This document shows positions 19,831 to 29,895 of a stretch of 55,087 nt of DNA, one piece after another. This stretch comes from an uncultured Rhizobiaceae group bacterium (GTDB taxonomy: Bacteria > Pseudomonadota > Alphaproteobacteria > Rhizobiales > Rhizobiaceae). Where the stretch lies: contig CALDZF010000021.1 of NCBI GenBank assembly GCA_937944165.1, positions 1 to 55,087 on the forward strand. The letters run 5' to 3'. Each line of letters opens with the position of its first letter. Within the stretch, counting starts at the first letter, position 1. A program made the position numbers and the translations under genes. The notes beneath the pieces are model-generated. The model did no database searches. It worked only from the letters and a program-made list of their open reading frames with translations, and was not told the origin of the DNA.

Positions 19831-22731
19831 ATGCGGGAATATAACTTGAAGCGTTTTAGTAGGTATATCAGCGATATAACCAGTTTATTACTGGCAATGG
19901 TTTTTTGCTGTTTTTTATCGGTACCCGCAACAGCACTGGAACCTGTCAGTGTATCAGTAGACGACATAGCGCTTGATCTTACTACTGCTATTGAAGCTTA
20001 TAAACGCCAAGATGGTACTTTAAAAATTTCTACTGCGCCAGATGCAGAAGGTATTGTTCGCCGTATTGAGGTGCGCTCAAAACAGGAAGATGGTGTTTCG
20101 CATTGGGCTGTTTTCTCGCTTGCCAATAATAGTGACGAACAAATTGACCGCCTAATTGTTGCCCCACATTACAGAATGGTAAATTCAGGTGTTATCTGGC
20201 CAGATTTAGATACAGCTCGCATCGTAGCAATCACGCCAAGTGAAGGATTTGCTCTTGATCGACAAAGCGATGGGGATGCAGATGTATTCTTTTTAACGCT
20301 TGATCCAGGCGCTGTCATTACATTAATTGCAGAACAAAAAACGGACAAATTACAAAAATTATATCTTTGGGAGCCTGCCGCCTATAAAGAAACCGCCAAT
20401 AGCTACACACTTTATTATGGCATAGTTCTTGGGATATCAGGATTGCTTGCTGTTTTTCTCACCATTCTTTTTGTGGTCAAAGGTTCAGCAATGTTCCCGG
20501 CAACTGCGGGAATAGCTTGGGGTGTCCTTGCTTATATTTGCGTTGATTTTGGATTTTGGAACAGAGTTATTGAGGCGCAAGTTTCCAATGAACCATTATG
20601 GCGCGCTGCAACAGAAGTCTTTCTTACAATTAGTCTTGTAATTTTTATCTATGCTTATCTCAGTTTAAATCGATGGAACAAGAAACTGGCAGCACTCGTT
20701 ATTGCATGGATATTGGGATTGGTTATTTTGATGGGTGTTTCATTTTTTAAGCCAGAAGTTGCCTCAGGAATTGCAAGGATTTCCATCGTTGTAGCAGTGG
20801 CGCTTGGTATTTTGTTGTTAATATATCAAAGCTTCAACAAATTTGACCGCGCCGTGATGCTCATTCCAACATGGATTTTGCTAAGCGTTTGGCTTGTTGG
20901 AGCTGGTATGACTGTAACTGGCAGGATTGAAAATGATGTCATCCAGCCCGCACTTGGAGGTGGGTTGGTACTGGTTGTTTTGCTGTTATGTTTTACGGTA
21001 ATGCAACATGCCTTTACAGGTGGTGCATTTGCTCAGGGTCTGGTTAGCGATTCGGAACGCTCCGCGCTAGCTTTAACGGGTGCTGGTGATATTTTGTGGG
21101 ACTGGGATGTAAATAACGACAAGATTGAAACAGACGGCAAAATTGCGGAGCTTTTAAAGCAAGATAAAAAGCTCTTTAATGGCAGTTCTTTAGATTGGAA
21201 AAAGTTATTACATCCTAATGACCATGATCGCTTTTCATCAACACTTTTGGCCATAACAGAACATAAGCGCGGGCGCATATCACAGGCTTTTAGAATGCGC
21301 GATGCAGATGGATATTATCAATGGTTCCGACTAAGAGCCAGGCCAATGCTGGATACAAATGGCGAGGTTGTACGTTGTATTGGCGCGCTATCAGATATAA
21401 CAGATCAAAAAAAATCTGAAGAACGTTTACTTCAAGATTCAGTTCGCGATCATTTGACCGGGCTTGAAAATCGCGAACTATTCACATGCCGATTAGAAAC
21501 CCTGATAAAGCTTGCGGCGCAAAAAGAAGATATAAGACCAAGTATTTTTTATATTGATATTGATAATTTTAACACCATCAACACTGATCTTGGCTTTGCT
21601 GTTGGTGATACAATTTTGTTGGCACTTGCGCGCAGGTTAAGTCGTTTATTGAAAAACGGAGATAGTATGGCTCGTCTATCAGGCGACCAATTTGGAATTC
21701 TCCTTTTATCTGAAACAGAACCAAAGAAAATTGCCACTTTCGCTGATGCTATTCGCAGAACGATTATGGCGCCGATTGAATATTCAGAAAAAAATATCGT
21801 GCTGTCCTCTTCTATTGGTGTTGCAAGCTGGACGCCTGAACACAATGAACCAGAACAGCTCATACGCGATGCTGAACTTGCAAAAGATCATGCCAAACAT
21901 GCAGGAGGCAATAGAACAGAACCTTTCCGTCCAGCATTCAGGCAATCAAAGGACAAAAGTATTATTCTGCTTGAAGATTTGAAAAAAGCTCGCGAACTAT
22001 CACAACTCAAGTTATACTACCAACCCATCGTTAATCTAAACGATCGCACGATTGCCGGCTTTGAAGCACTTTTACGTTGGCACCATCCAAAACTTGGCAT
22101 GTTAATGCCTGCAGACTTTGTACCCATTGCAGAACGTACCGGCTTAATTAATGAACTTGGCCTTTACGCCTTAAACACAGCCACCCAAGACTTTGCGACA
22201 CTTAATCAAAGGGCAGGCAGTGATTGCTTTGTCAGTGTGAATGTTTCAAGCCGAGAGTTACTGCGCAATGACATCATTGCTGATATTGCTAATGCACTAG
22301 AAACAAGTGGGCTTAAACCTGATAAATTGCGTATGGAATTAACGGAAAGCATGGTGATGGAAAACCCTGAACACGCCACTCAGATTATGGCACGTATCAA
22401 AGCATTGGGCGTGGGAATTTCATTGGATGATTTTGGCACCGGCTACTCAAGTCTTTCATATCTACTGAAAGTCCCGTTTAACAGTATCAAAATAGACAAA
22501 TCATTTGTACAAGCACGCCAACAACATGAAAGACTGATTATACTACGATCCATCATTGCGCTTGGACATGGGTTAAATCAGACAATTATTGCTGAAGGTA
22601 CAGAATATGAATCCGATGCTACTGATCTTATGCAATTGGGGTGTGAATATGCTCAAGGGTATTTGTTTGGTGAACCGATGGATATTGATGCGACTAGCAA
22701 ATTGATAACCCACGAGATGAAAACGGCTTAG
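19831..22731 (+). CDS. Membrane sensor: periplasmic domain, 7TM, PAS, degenerate GGDEF and EAL (probable c-di-GMP phosphodiesterase)
   Basis: N-terminal signal and periplasmic domain, about 7 TM helices (7TMR-DISM-like layout) and PAS. The GGDEF domain carries SGDQF at the active-site position. The EAL domain has EALLRW, ELTES, DDFGTGYSS, KIDKSF, EGTE and QGYLF. The ATG at 19831 is in frame with the track TTG at 19822. Confidence 0.85.
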   Translation: MREYNLKRFSRYISDITSLLLAMVFCCFLSVPATALEPVSVSVDDIALDLTTAIEAYKRQDGTLKISTAPDAEGIVRRIEVRSKQEDGVSHWAVFSLANNSDEQIDRLIVAPHYRMVNSGVIWPDLDTARIVAITPSEGFALDRQSDGDADVFFLTLDPGAVITLIAEQKTDKLQKLYLWEPAAYKETANSYTLYYGIVLGISGLLAVFLTILFVVKGSAMFPATAGIAWGVLAYICVDFGFWNRVIEAQVSNEPLWRAATEVFLTISLVIFIYAYLSLNRWNKKLAALVIAWILGLVILMGVSFFKPEVASGIARISIVVAVALGILLLIYQSFNKFDRAVMLIPTWILLSVWLVGAGMTVTGRIENDVIQPALGGGLVLVVLLLCFTVMQHAFTGGAFAQGLVSDSERSALALTGAGDILWDWDVNNDKIETDGKIAELLKQDKKLFNGSSLDWKKLLHPNDHDRFSSTLLAITEHKRGRISQAFRMRDADGYYQWFRLRARPMLDTNGEVVRCIGALSDITDQKKSEERLLQDSVRDHLTGLENRELFTCRLETLIKLAAQKEDIRPSIFYIDIDNFNTINTDLGFAVGDTILLALARRLSRLLKNGDSMARLSGDQFGILLLSETEPKKIATFADAIRRTIMAPIEYSEKNIVLSSSIGVASWTPEHNEPEQLIRDAELAKDHAKHAGGNRTEPFRPAFRQSKDKSIILLEDLKKARELSQLKLYYQPIVNLNDRTIAGFEALLRWHHPKLGMLMPADFVPIAERTGLINELGLYALNTATQDFATLNQRAGSDCFVSVNVSSRELLRNDIIADIANALETSGLKPDKLRMELTESMVMENPEHATQIMARIKALGVGISLDDFGTGYSSLSYLLKVPFNSIKIDKSFVQARQQHERLIILRSIIALGHGLNQTIIAEGTEYESDATDLMQLGCEYAQGYLFGEPMDIDATSKLITHEMKTA

Positions 22732-22756
22732 GCCAAGAACCTATTAACTTTATCAA
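22728..22756 (+). repeat. Copy of the dispersed intergenic repeat (core AGAACCTATTAA)
   Basis: TTAGGCCAAGAACCTATTAACTTTATCAA. 23 of 29 positions match the copy at 47280-47308, including a 12-nt identical core. It starts on the stop codon of the sensor gene and fills the 21-nt convergent spacer. Confidence 0.5.
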
Positions 22757-23367
22757 GCATGCCCAGAACTACTGGATAGTAAGCTCTCATCAACGCCCAG
22801 TAATTTCAGACTTCTTGAATATTTGGTGTCGTTTCGCTTATCAAAAATAATATCTTCATCCGCATCAACTGTTAACCAGCCATTGGAAATAATTTCATCT
22901 TCTAATTGCCCGGCTGACCAACCAGAATATCCTAATGTTATCATGTTGGCATTAGGGCCTTTGCCGTCTGCTATCGCGCGCAAAACTTCCAATGTAGCGG
23001 TTAGGCTAACCTTCTTATTAACCTCAACAGTCGCTTCACTTTGAAAATCTGAAGAATGTAAGACAAACCCACGCCCTGGCTCTACAGGCCCACCAGCATG
23101 TAATGTATTGGATAAAACACTATTGGTCAGGCTTAAGCTTTCTTCTTGGGAAATAATTTCTAATTGGCAAAAAAACTCTGAAGTTGTAGGCGCTTCAAGT
23201 GGTTGATTAATAATAAACCCCATCGCCCCTTCATCTGAATGGGCACAGATATAAATGACCGTTTTCTCAAACCTTGCGTCACCCATTCCAGGCATCGCAA
23301 TAATGAATTTACCGCATAAAGATGGAAAACTCCCACTCATGTTTTTTGAATGCTCCAGGCTTTGCAT
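22753..23367 (-). CDS. YqgE/AlgH-family (UPF0301) protein
   Basis: GKFIIAMPGMGDARFEKTVIYICAHSDEGAMGFIINQP and GYSGWSAGQLEDEI are family hallmarks. The start is uncertain (ATG 23367 or 23340; the track start 23406 is GTG). Confidence 0.8.
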   Translation of the reverse strand: MQSLEHSKNMSGSFPSLCGKFIIAMPGMGDARFEKTVIYICAHSDEGAMGFIINQPLEAPTTSEFFCQLEIISQEESLSLTNSVLSNTLHAGGPVEPGRGFVLHSSDFQSEATVEVNKKVSLTATLEVLRAIADGKGPNANMITLGYSGWSAGQLEDEIISNGWLTVDADEDIIFDKRNDTKYSRSLKLLGVDESLLSSSSGHA

Positions 23368-23466
23368 TACGTTAATTATTTGTATATTAAAATCACAGCC
23401 AATCACTGAAATATGATAATATGCAAATTATTGTAATTCGCTTTTTAACAATTTCTATATTATGTT

Positions 23467-24318
23467 TTGGACATGATGGCAAAACAACTCTCTCTTCAAA
23501 ACATGTTTAACAAAATCACCAAATACGGACTGTTATTTTTAGCAGTTTCTGGCTTGCAGGTTTCAAAAGCCCATGCTGCTTCAAGTGATTGGCAAGACCT
23601 GGGAGGCGGGAAAGCTCGCATAATTGCGAACCTTGACCCAATAACAAATAAAGTTTCAGGCGTTGTAGAAGTTGAGTTAAAAGAAGGCTGGTCTACTTAC
23701 TGGCGTTATCCTGGTAGTTCTGGAATTCCGCCGCGCTTTGATTTTACAAAATCAAAGGCATTTTCATTTCAACAGGTTAAATTCCCAGCGCCAAAGTTAA
23801 TTAATCCAGACCATGAAACACGCACTTATGCGGGCTATAAGTCAAAAGTTTTATTCCCTTTTGATGCTGAGATGTTGGCGACTTCTGGCGGTAAAATTAA
23901 TCTTGATATTTTAATTGGGCTTTGTGAACAAATTTGCATACCCGCAAAAGCTGAAATGGAAATTCATGCAAGTGAATTATTCCAAAGTGACCCTAAAGCA
24001 GTTCAAACTATTAACTTTGCCAAGATACATGTCCCCAAGGAAAAAGACGCTAAGGATGTTATATTGGACGTAAACTTGGCGGATGATAAAAAGCTTTATA
24101 TCAAAACAAAACATAAAAAGAGTTTTGGCAAACCTTCACTTTTTGTAGAGGGTCCTAACGATTGGTACTTGCTACCAGCTAAATTAATGCAAGAAGAAGA
24201 CGAACATGCGCTTTTTGCACTAGATGTATCACAGGCACCTGAAGGTACAAATATACTTGCGCACAAACTGAAATATACATTGACCAGAGGGTCATCAGGC
24301 ATTGAAATAATACGCTGA
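23467..24318 (+). CDS. Periplasmic DsbD-N-terminal-like (DsbC/ScsB-type) domain protein
   Basis: GWSTYWRYPGSSGIPPRFDF and CEQICIP resemble the thiol-disulfide interchange DsbD N-terminal-like domain. A signal peptide is present. The start is uncertain (TTG 23467, ATG 23473 or ATG 23503). Confidence 0.6.
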   Translation: MDMMAKQLSLQNMFNKITKYGLLFLAVSGLQVSKAHAASSDWQDLGGGKARIIANLDPITNKVSGVVEVELKEGWSTYWRYPGSSGIPPRFDFTKSKAFSFQQVKFPAPKLINPDHETRTYAGYKSKVLFPFDAEMLATSGGKINLDILIGLCEQICIPAKAEMEIHASELFQSDPKAVQTINFAKIHVPKEKDAKDVILDVNLADDKKLYIKTKHKKSFGKPSLFVEGPNDWYLLPAKLMQEEDEHALFALDVSQAPEGTNILAHKLKYTLTRGSSGIEIIR

Positions 24319-24365
24319 CATATTAGTTATAGTTATCTTAAAGCAATAAATTTTGGAGATACATC

Positions 24366-24851
24366 ATGCCTATTTCGGCTGGCGCAGCATTGCCTGAAGC
24401 AAATTTCACTATTATGAATGAAACAGGGCCAAGTGAGCTAAAATCAAGCGAATTCTTTTCTGGTAAAAAAGTTGTACTATTTGCAGTGCCTGGTGCTTTT
24501 ACGCCAACATGTCACAATAACCACCTACCAGGTTTCATAGAAAACGCAGATGCTTTAAAAGCCAAAGGGGTTGATGATATTGCTGTAGTTTCAGTAAACG
24601 ATGTATTTGTTATGGATGCTTGGAAGTCTGCTGTAAATTGCGATAACAAGATTTCATTTCTCGCAGATGGCAGTGGTAATTTTACAAAATCTATTGGAAT
24701 GGAGCTTGATTTGACCGAGCGCGGCTTAGGTCTGCGTTCACTACGTTATGCAATGATTGTCGATGATGGCAAGGTAACAACAATCAAAGTTGACGAAGTG
24801 CCAAGCAATGCTTCTGAGTCAAGTGCTGAAGCTATTTTGGCGGCACTTTAA
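24366..24851 (+). CDS. Peroxiredoxin, Prx5 subfamily
   Basis: 161 aa with the peroxidatic Cys context PGAFTPTC. Confidence 0.9.
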   Translation: MPISAGAALPEANFTIMNETGPSELKSSEFFSGKKVVLFAVPGAFTPTCHNNHLPGFIENADALKAKGVDDIAVVSVNDVFVMDAWKSAVNCDNKISFLADGSGNFTKSIGMELDLTERGLGLRSLRYAMIVDDGKVTTIKVDEVPSNASESSAEAILAAL

Positions 24852-24885
24852 TCAGCAAATGCTTTAAAGCTTAAACTGATACGGA

Positions 24886-25320
24886 TTATTTATAATCTTC
24901 CATTCCACGGCGGGCGAGTTCGTCCGCTTTTTCATTTTCTGCGTGGCCTGCATGGCCTTTAATCCAATGCCAGTTTACCTTATGGCGTGATACTGCCTCA
25001 TCAAGTGCTTGCCAAAGTTCAACATTTTTAACTGGCTTCTTATTGGCCGTTTTCCATCCGTTTTTTTTCCAGCCAAATATCCAGCCTGTCATGCCGCCTT
25101 TAACGTATTGGCTGTCTGTGGTTAGCTCTACTGTGCATGGTTTTTTCAGGGCATTTAAAGCTTCGATTGCTGCCATTAATTCCATTTGGTTATTGGTTGT
25201 ATCAGCTTGACCGCCGAACAATTCTTTTTCTTTATCGCCATAGCGCAATAACGCGCCCCACCCGCCTGGGCCAGGGTTGCCTGAACAAGCACCATCCGTC
25301 CAAATTTTAACTTCACTCAT
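24886..25320 (-). CDS. rnhA: Ribonuclease HI
   Basis: [27 protein letters not shown] and [16 protein letters not shown]. It overlaps the thrB stop by 4 nt. Confidence 0.93.
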   Translation of the reverse strand: MSEVKIWTDGACSGNPGPGGWGALLRYGDKEKELFGGQADTTNNQMELMAAIEALNALKKPCTVELTTDSQYVKGGMTGWIFGWKKNGWKTANKKPVKNVELWQALDEAVSRHKVNWHWIKGHAGHAENEKADELARRGMEDYK

Positions 25321-26285
25321 GAAATATCCGCCCCATATTCAGAAGTTGATTGTACCGACTGATGAAACTTTAATTTGGCTATATATTCTGCTGGGTTTTT
25401 GGGAACAACCAAAGCGCCTTCTGGTACGTTAAGCCAATCATAAAGCCGCGTTAAAAGAAAACGCAGTGCCGACCCTCTACACAAGATAGGTAAGGCAACA
25501 TATTCATCTTTATCGATAGTCCTGACGGTATCATAACTATTTAATAAAGCCTGAGCCTTCGTCACGTTGAAAGAATGATCCGCTTCAAAACACCAAGCGT
25601 TAATACAAATTGCAATGTCATATGTAAGCATATCATTACAAGCAAAATAGAAGTCGATAATTCCGGAGAGTTTATCTTTTAGGAAAAAAACATTATCAGG
25701 AAAAAGGTCGGCATGAATTACACCAGTTTTCAGGCCTTGCGGCCAATTACTTTCAAGATAGGTAAGTTCATCCTCTATTAGTTTTGAAAGGCCTTCAGCA
25801 ACACTGTTAGAGCCTGCAGCTGACATATTGTATAATGGTCGCCAATCTTTAACAGACAAAGCATTCGGACGTTTAATCTCAAAACCCTCCCCAGCCAAGT
25901 GCATTTGCGCAAGCGCCTCTCCCAATTGCTTACAATGCAAAGGCGTTGGACGTCTAACTGAATTGCCATCCAGAAAACTGATAATTGCAGAGGGACGCCC
26001 TGCTAATTTTGAAAGTTGTTCGCCAGATTTAAGTGGGATTGGCTGCGGGCATTCAAGACCATTTTTGGATAGATGCTCCATTAATCCCAGAAAGAACGGA
26101 AGATCATTTGCATTCACTCTCTTTTCGTAAAGCGTCAAAATGTGCATGCCTGCATCTGTTGAAAGCAGGTAGTTAGAATTCTCAACGCCTTCTGCTATAC
26201 CTTTCAAAGAGTGAAGCTCTCCAATATCATATTGCTTAAGATAATCTACAAGTTCTGCATCAGGGATTTCAGTATAGACCGCCAT
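25317..26285 (-). CDS. thrB: Homoserine kinase, ThrB type II (APH-like kinase fold)
   Basis: 322 aa. [13 protein letters not shown], catalytic-loop-like [14 protein letters not shown] and IDFYFA. The position next to ispH/rnhA is as in Rhizobiales. Confidence 0.85.
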   Translation of the reverse strand: MAVYTEIPDAELVDYLKQYDIGELHSLKGIAEGVENSNYLLSTDAGMHILTLYEKRVNANDLPFFLGLMEHLSKNGLECPQPIPLKSGEQLSKLAGRPSAIISFLDGNSVRRPTPLHCKQLGEALAQMHLAGEGFEIKRPNALSVKDWRPLYNMSAAGSNSVAEGLSKLIEDELTYLESNWPQGLKTGVIHADLFPDNVFFLKDKLSGIIDFYFACNDMLTYDIAICINAWCFEADHSFNVTKAQALLNSYDTVRTIDKDEYVALPILCRGSALRFLLTRLYDWLNVPEGALVVPKNPAEYIAKLKFHQSVQSTSEYGADIS

Positions 26286-26287
26286 TG

Positions 26288-27286
26288 TTATACAGCACCA
26301 TTAACAAAGGACATGTCATCTATTGTAAGTTCAGTATCGCGCAAATCTCTGGCAACCAGAAACTCTTCATCTTCTTTAACCGTTTCTACAAGCTCTAAGG
26401 ACAAATCAAAGCGGTCTCTAAAAGCTTCTATGATTTCGTTGACCAATATCTCAGGCGCTGATGCACCAGCGGAAAGACCAACAATTTTTGCTCCACTAAT
26501 TTCACCCCATGGTATTTCTGCAGCCTTTTGAACAAGCATGGATTGTTTTGCACCTGCTCTTGTTGCTACCTCAACCAAGCGTTTTGAGTTTGAAGAATTG
26601 GGCGCACCTACAATCAAAAAGTGATCTGCATTCTTTGCCGCTACTTTTACCACTTCTTGCCTGTTCGTTGTTGCATAACAAATTGATTCAGCTGCAGGTG
26701 CATTCAAATTTGGAAAACGTTTGGTAAGTGCGTTAATAACTTCTGCAGTATCATCAACCGAAAGCGTGGTTTGTGTTACATAGCCCAGAGCATCCGGGTC
26801 TTTTGGTTGATAGCTATTTGCCTGTGCAACATCTTCAATCAGTGTAATTTCATCTGCATTCACCTGCCCCATAGTGCCAATAACTTCTGGATGCCCTGCA
26901 TGGCCGATTAATAAAACATGGCGATCTTGTCTTATATGGCGAATGGCCTGTTTATGTACCTTGGAAACCAGCGGGCAAGTTGCATCAAGATAGTGCAAAT
27001 TTAAACTTTCAGCATTTGCTGGTACAGATCTTGGAACACCGTGCGCAGAAAAAATTACAGGCTGTTTGGTGGGCGGTATTTCATCCAGCTCTTTAACGAA
27101 AATAGCGCCTTTTTGCTCAAGCCCTTCCACTACATATCGATTGTGGACAATTTCATGGCGTACATATACTGGCGCACCATATTTTTTCAACGCTAATACG
27201 ACCATCTGAATAGCCCTATCAACACCAGCGCAAAAGCCTCTTGGCCCGCATAATCTTAATTCAAGTTTCTGTTTTGTATCAGTCAT
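26288..27286 (-). CDS. ispH: 4-hydroxy-3-methylbut-2-enyl diphosphate reductase IspH
   Basis: Cluster cysteines in [12 protein letters not shown] and DATCPLV, plus SAHGV. I prefer the ATG at 27286 (MTDTKQ); the track start at 27319 is GTG. There is an 8-nt overlap with the SURF1 stop. Confidence 0.93.
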   Translation of the reverse strand: MTDTKQKLELRLCGPRGFCAGVDRAIQMVVLALKKYGAPVYVRHEIVHNRYVVEGLEQKGAIFVKELDEIPPTKQPVIFSAHGVPRSVPANAESLNLHYLDATCPLVSKVHKQAIRHIRQDRHVLLIGHAGHPEVIGTMGQVNADEITLIEDVAQANSYQPKDPDALGYVTQTTLSVDDTAEVINALTKRFPNLNAPAAESICYATTNRQEVVKVAAKNADHFLIVGAPNSSNSKRLVEVATRAGAKQSMLVQKAAEIPWGEISGAKIVGLSAGASAPEILVNEIIEAFRDRFDLSLELVETVKEDEEFLVARDLRDTELTIDDMSFVNGAV

Positions 27287-28007
27287 TTTTTTGCCTGCGT
27301 GAATAAAGAAAAAAGCCACCTACTCCCAAGAGAGCCAATGCCAAGCCATACCATGTAACAGCATACTGCAAATGACTGTTAGAGAAAGTAATAATTGTAG
27401 AGCCACCTCTTGGAAACCCTCCAGGGTTTGGTGCATCATTGGCATCAACAAAGAAAGACACAAATTCACGACCGTTATCTTTACCCATTAGTTTTGACAT
27501 CAATTCAATATCGCGCCAATATATCTCACGCTTTTTAGGTATGTTTTCTGGAAAAAAACTATTTGGCTTCTCGGCTACTGGCACTCGTAAAAGACCTGTC
27601 AATTCTTGCTCGCCTTTAACTTGCCCTTCCAAACGCAATTCAGGATTACGCATTTCATAGGGGACAAAGCCACGATTAACGATTAGATATTTTCCATTTT
27701 CCAAAAGCATCGGGGTGTTAATGTTCCAACCCGATTTCCCGTCGATGCTTGTTGTAAAAAAATAAATCTCGTTTGAATGATCGTATATGCCCTTTGTTGT
27801 TACAGGCGTATAAGGCCACTCTTCTTTTGAAGGCTGCTTGGCCAAAAACTCATCGAGTTCAATTGGTGGCTTTGCTGTTTTTTCTTCAACCTTGGCGATT
27901 AAAGCTTCTTTCCAATAAAGACGCTTAACCTGCCAGCTTCCCAATCCAACCAAAACAGATATGCCTGCAATCATTGAAATAATAATAACTATCGTGGAAA
28001 ATCGCAT
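27279..28007 (-). CDS. SURF1-family cytochrome oxidase biogenesis protein
   Basis: 242 aa with N- and C-terminal TM helices and motifs [17 protein letters not shown] and [12 protein letters not shown]. Confidence 0.8.
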   Translation of the reverse strand: MRFSTIVIIISMIAGISVLVGLGSWQVKRLYWKEALIAKVEEKTAKPPIELDEFLAKQPSKEEWPYTPVTTKGIYDHSNEIYFFTTSIDGKSGWNINTPMLLENGKYLIVNRGFVPYEMRNPELRLEGQVKGEQELTGLLRVPVAEKPNSFFPENIPKKREIYWRDIELMSKLMGKDNGREFVSFFVDANDAPNPGGFPRGGSTIITFSNSHLQYAVTWYGLALALLGVGGFFLYSRRQKND

Positions 28008-28063
28008 TATATTTTACCTGAGTTATTCAAAGCGTACTCTTCTCATTTAGCATATATTAAAAC

Positions 28064-28094
28064 GAAAAAGGCGGCCAATCTGACCGCCTTTTTA
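28064..28094 (-). terminator. Rho-independent terminator after ctaE
   Basis: AAAAAGGCGG (28065-28074) pairs with CCGCCTTTTT (28084-28093) around a 9-nt loop. The minus strand reads stem-loop then TTTTT. Confidence 0.7.
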
Positions 28095-28112
28095 TGAAAT
28101 TCCATGCAGATT

Positions 28113-28997
28113 TTAGTGAACTGCGATTGTAGCCCCTACACTTGCCCAAACATAAATTGCGCAGAACAAGAATAACCAAACCACATCCACAAAGTGCCAA
28201 TACCATGCAGCAGCTTCAAAGCCAAAATGTTGCTCTGGTTTGAAATGCCCCATCATGGCGCGTATTAAGCATACGAGCAGAAAGATGGTTCCTACGAGTA
28301 CATGGAAACCATGGAAGCCAGTTGCCATGAAGAATGTTGCACCGTAAATCGATTCAGAGAATGTAAATGGTGCTTCAGCATATTCGTAGCCCTGTACGAA
28401 TGAGAATAAAATACCCAATATAACTGTTATGAATAACATCCATTTTAGCGTAGGGCGATCATCTTCAATAAGAGCGTGATGTGCCCAAGTCACTGTGGTA
28501 CCAGATAATAGCAATATCACTGTATTAAATAATGGCAAATGCCATGGGTCAAGAACTTCAATTCCTTGTGGAGGCCAAACACCACCTGTATGTTCTACAC
28601 GCGAAAATTGTGCAACTTCACCCGGGAAAAGACTTGCATCAAAGAAAGCCCAGAACCATGCTACAAAGAACATGACCTCAGAAGTAATAAACAACAACAT
28701 GCCATAACGCAGATGAAGCGCAACAACCGGAGTGTGATCACCTTGATGCGCTTCCTTAACCGTATCGGCCCACCATGCGTACATTACATAAAGTACAAGT
28801 GCGATACCGAGATAGAAAATCCACGGGCCTGCTGCAGCAAAATTTGCGCCAGCAATTACAAAATCACCACCAGAAAGGGAACGCATCCAGGCAATTGCAC
28901 CAATAGCGGTTATTAAGCCACCAATTGAGCCGAATAATGGCCATGGACTAGGATCAATAATGTGATAATCGTGGTTTACGTTATGACCGTCAGCCAT
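28113..28997 (-). CDS. ctaE: Cytochrome c oxidase subunit III
   Basis: 294 aa, 7-TM, with motifs FFMATGFHGFHVLVGT and WYWHFVDVVWLFLF. Confidence 0.93.
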   Translation of the reverse strand: MADGHNVNHDYHIIDPSPWPLFGSIGGLITAIGAIAWMRSLSGGDFVIAGANFAAAGPWIFYLGIALVLYVMYAWWADTVKEAHQGDHTPVVALHLRYGMLLFITSEVMFFVAWFWAFFDASLFPGEVAQFSRVEHTGGVWPPQGIEVLDPWHLPLFNTVILLLSGTTVTWAHHALIEDDRPTLKWMLFITVILGILFSFVQGYEYAEAPFTFSESIYGATFFMATGFHGFHVLVGTIFLLVCLIRAMMGHFKPEQHFGFEAAAWYWHFVDVVWLFLFCAIYVWASVGATIAVH

Positions 28998-29040
28998 TTT
29001 ATACTCCTGAATTCGAATCCGTCACGCGGACTTTTTTTGT

Positions 29041-29715
29041 TTATATCTTCTCATTATTCGTTTGAATAGCCGCTTCTTCAGCTTTTATTTCTGCTTCAAT
29101 TACGCGCTCTTCTTCAATTTCAATAATTGCTTCTTCTGGTGTCGTTTCACTTTCAAAGAAAGTATATGAAAGCGTGATCGTTTTCATGGCTTTTAAGGCT
29201 TTTTCCTTATCCATGTCGGGATCAACATAAAAAGTAACAGGCATGTTTAATGTTTTGCCTGGCTCAATATAAGTGTCGGTAAAACAGAAGCATTCAATTT
29301 TGTTAAAGAAAACACCTGCTGCTTGTGGCGTTACATTGAACGAAGCCATGCCTACAATAGGTTTGTCCGAAAGATTTTCAGCAACATAATTGATGATCAT
29401 CTTCTCACCCATCTTGATGGTGACTTGTCTTTCTTCGGGGGCAAACTTCCAATTTAAAGATGATGCAGTATTCGCGTCAAAACGCACATTGATATCGCGG
29501 TCAATAATGCCAACGCCATCAGCAGCCTCTGCCTCTACTTGTTGTGTCGTGCCACCGTATCCTGTGACCTGACAAAACAATTCATATAGCGGTACAGAGG
29601 CATAAGCCAAACCGCCCATGCCCAGCACCATAGCAATACACATTGCGACGATGCGAGAATTACTTTGAACAGCTTTATTATCCACGTTAGAAATATTTGT
29701 ATCAGCTATGCTCAT
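29041..29715 (-). CDS. ctaG: Cytochrome c oxidase assembly protein CtaG/Cox11
   Basis: YELFCQVTGYGGT and the copper motif CFCF (IECFCFT). I prefer the ATG at 29715. An acidic C-terminal tail extends beyond the Cox11 core. Confidence 0.88.
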   Translation of the reverse strand: MSIADTNISNVDNKAVQSNSRIVAMCIAMVLGMGGLAYASVPLYELFCQVTGYGGTTQQVEAEAADGVGIIDRDINVRFDANTASSLNWKFAPEERQVTIKMGEKMIINYVAENLSDKPIVGMASFNVTPQAAGVFFNKIECFCFTDTYIEPGKTLNMPVTFYVDPDMDKEKALKAMKTITLSYTFFESETTPEEAIIEIEEERVIEAEIKAEEAAIQTNNEKI

Positions 29716-29723
29716 TGTTAATA

Positions 29724-29894
29724 TTAAGCTCCATTTTCTGCTATGACGGACGCCATTTTGGCCATCGTACCAAAGAATAAAATTAGAATGAAAGCAATCA
29801 AACAAAAAGCCACAGCGACATTACGTGCACGTTGTGATTTTTTTTGTGCTTTATTAAGCTCAACAGTCTCTTTTGTAAATTCAGCTTCTCTCAT
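29724..29894 (-). CDS. Small single-TM protein between ctaB and ctaG
   Basis: 56 aa from the ATG at 29894 (MREAEFTKE...VAVAFCLIAFILILFFG). The ATG lies 1 nt after the ctaB stop, and the stop lies 8 nt before the ctaG ATG. A small ORF occupies this position in many alphaproteobacterial cta clusters. Confidence 0.5.
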   Translation of the reverse strand: MREAEFTKETVELNKAQKKSQRARNVAVAFCLIAFILILFFGTMAKMASVIAENGA

Positions 29895-29895
29895 A

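Noticed and set aside
19784-19831. 15-codon upstream ORF (MMPKRYHYKANLIWL) whose TGA overlaps the ATG of the GGDEF-EAL sensor (TGATG).
   Set aside because: There is no convincing Shine-Dalgarno and no evidence of conservation. The sensor ORF could also start at the in-frame TTG at 19822, which would make the uORF irrelevant.
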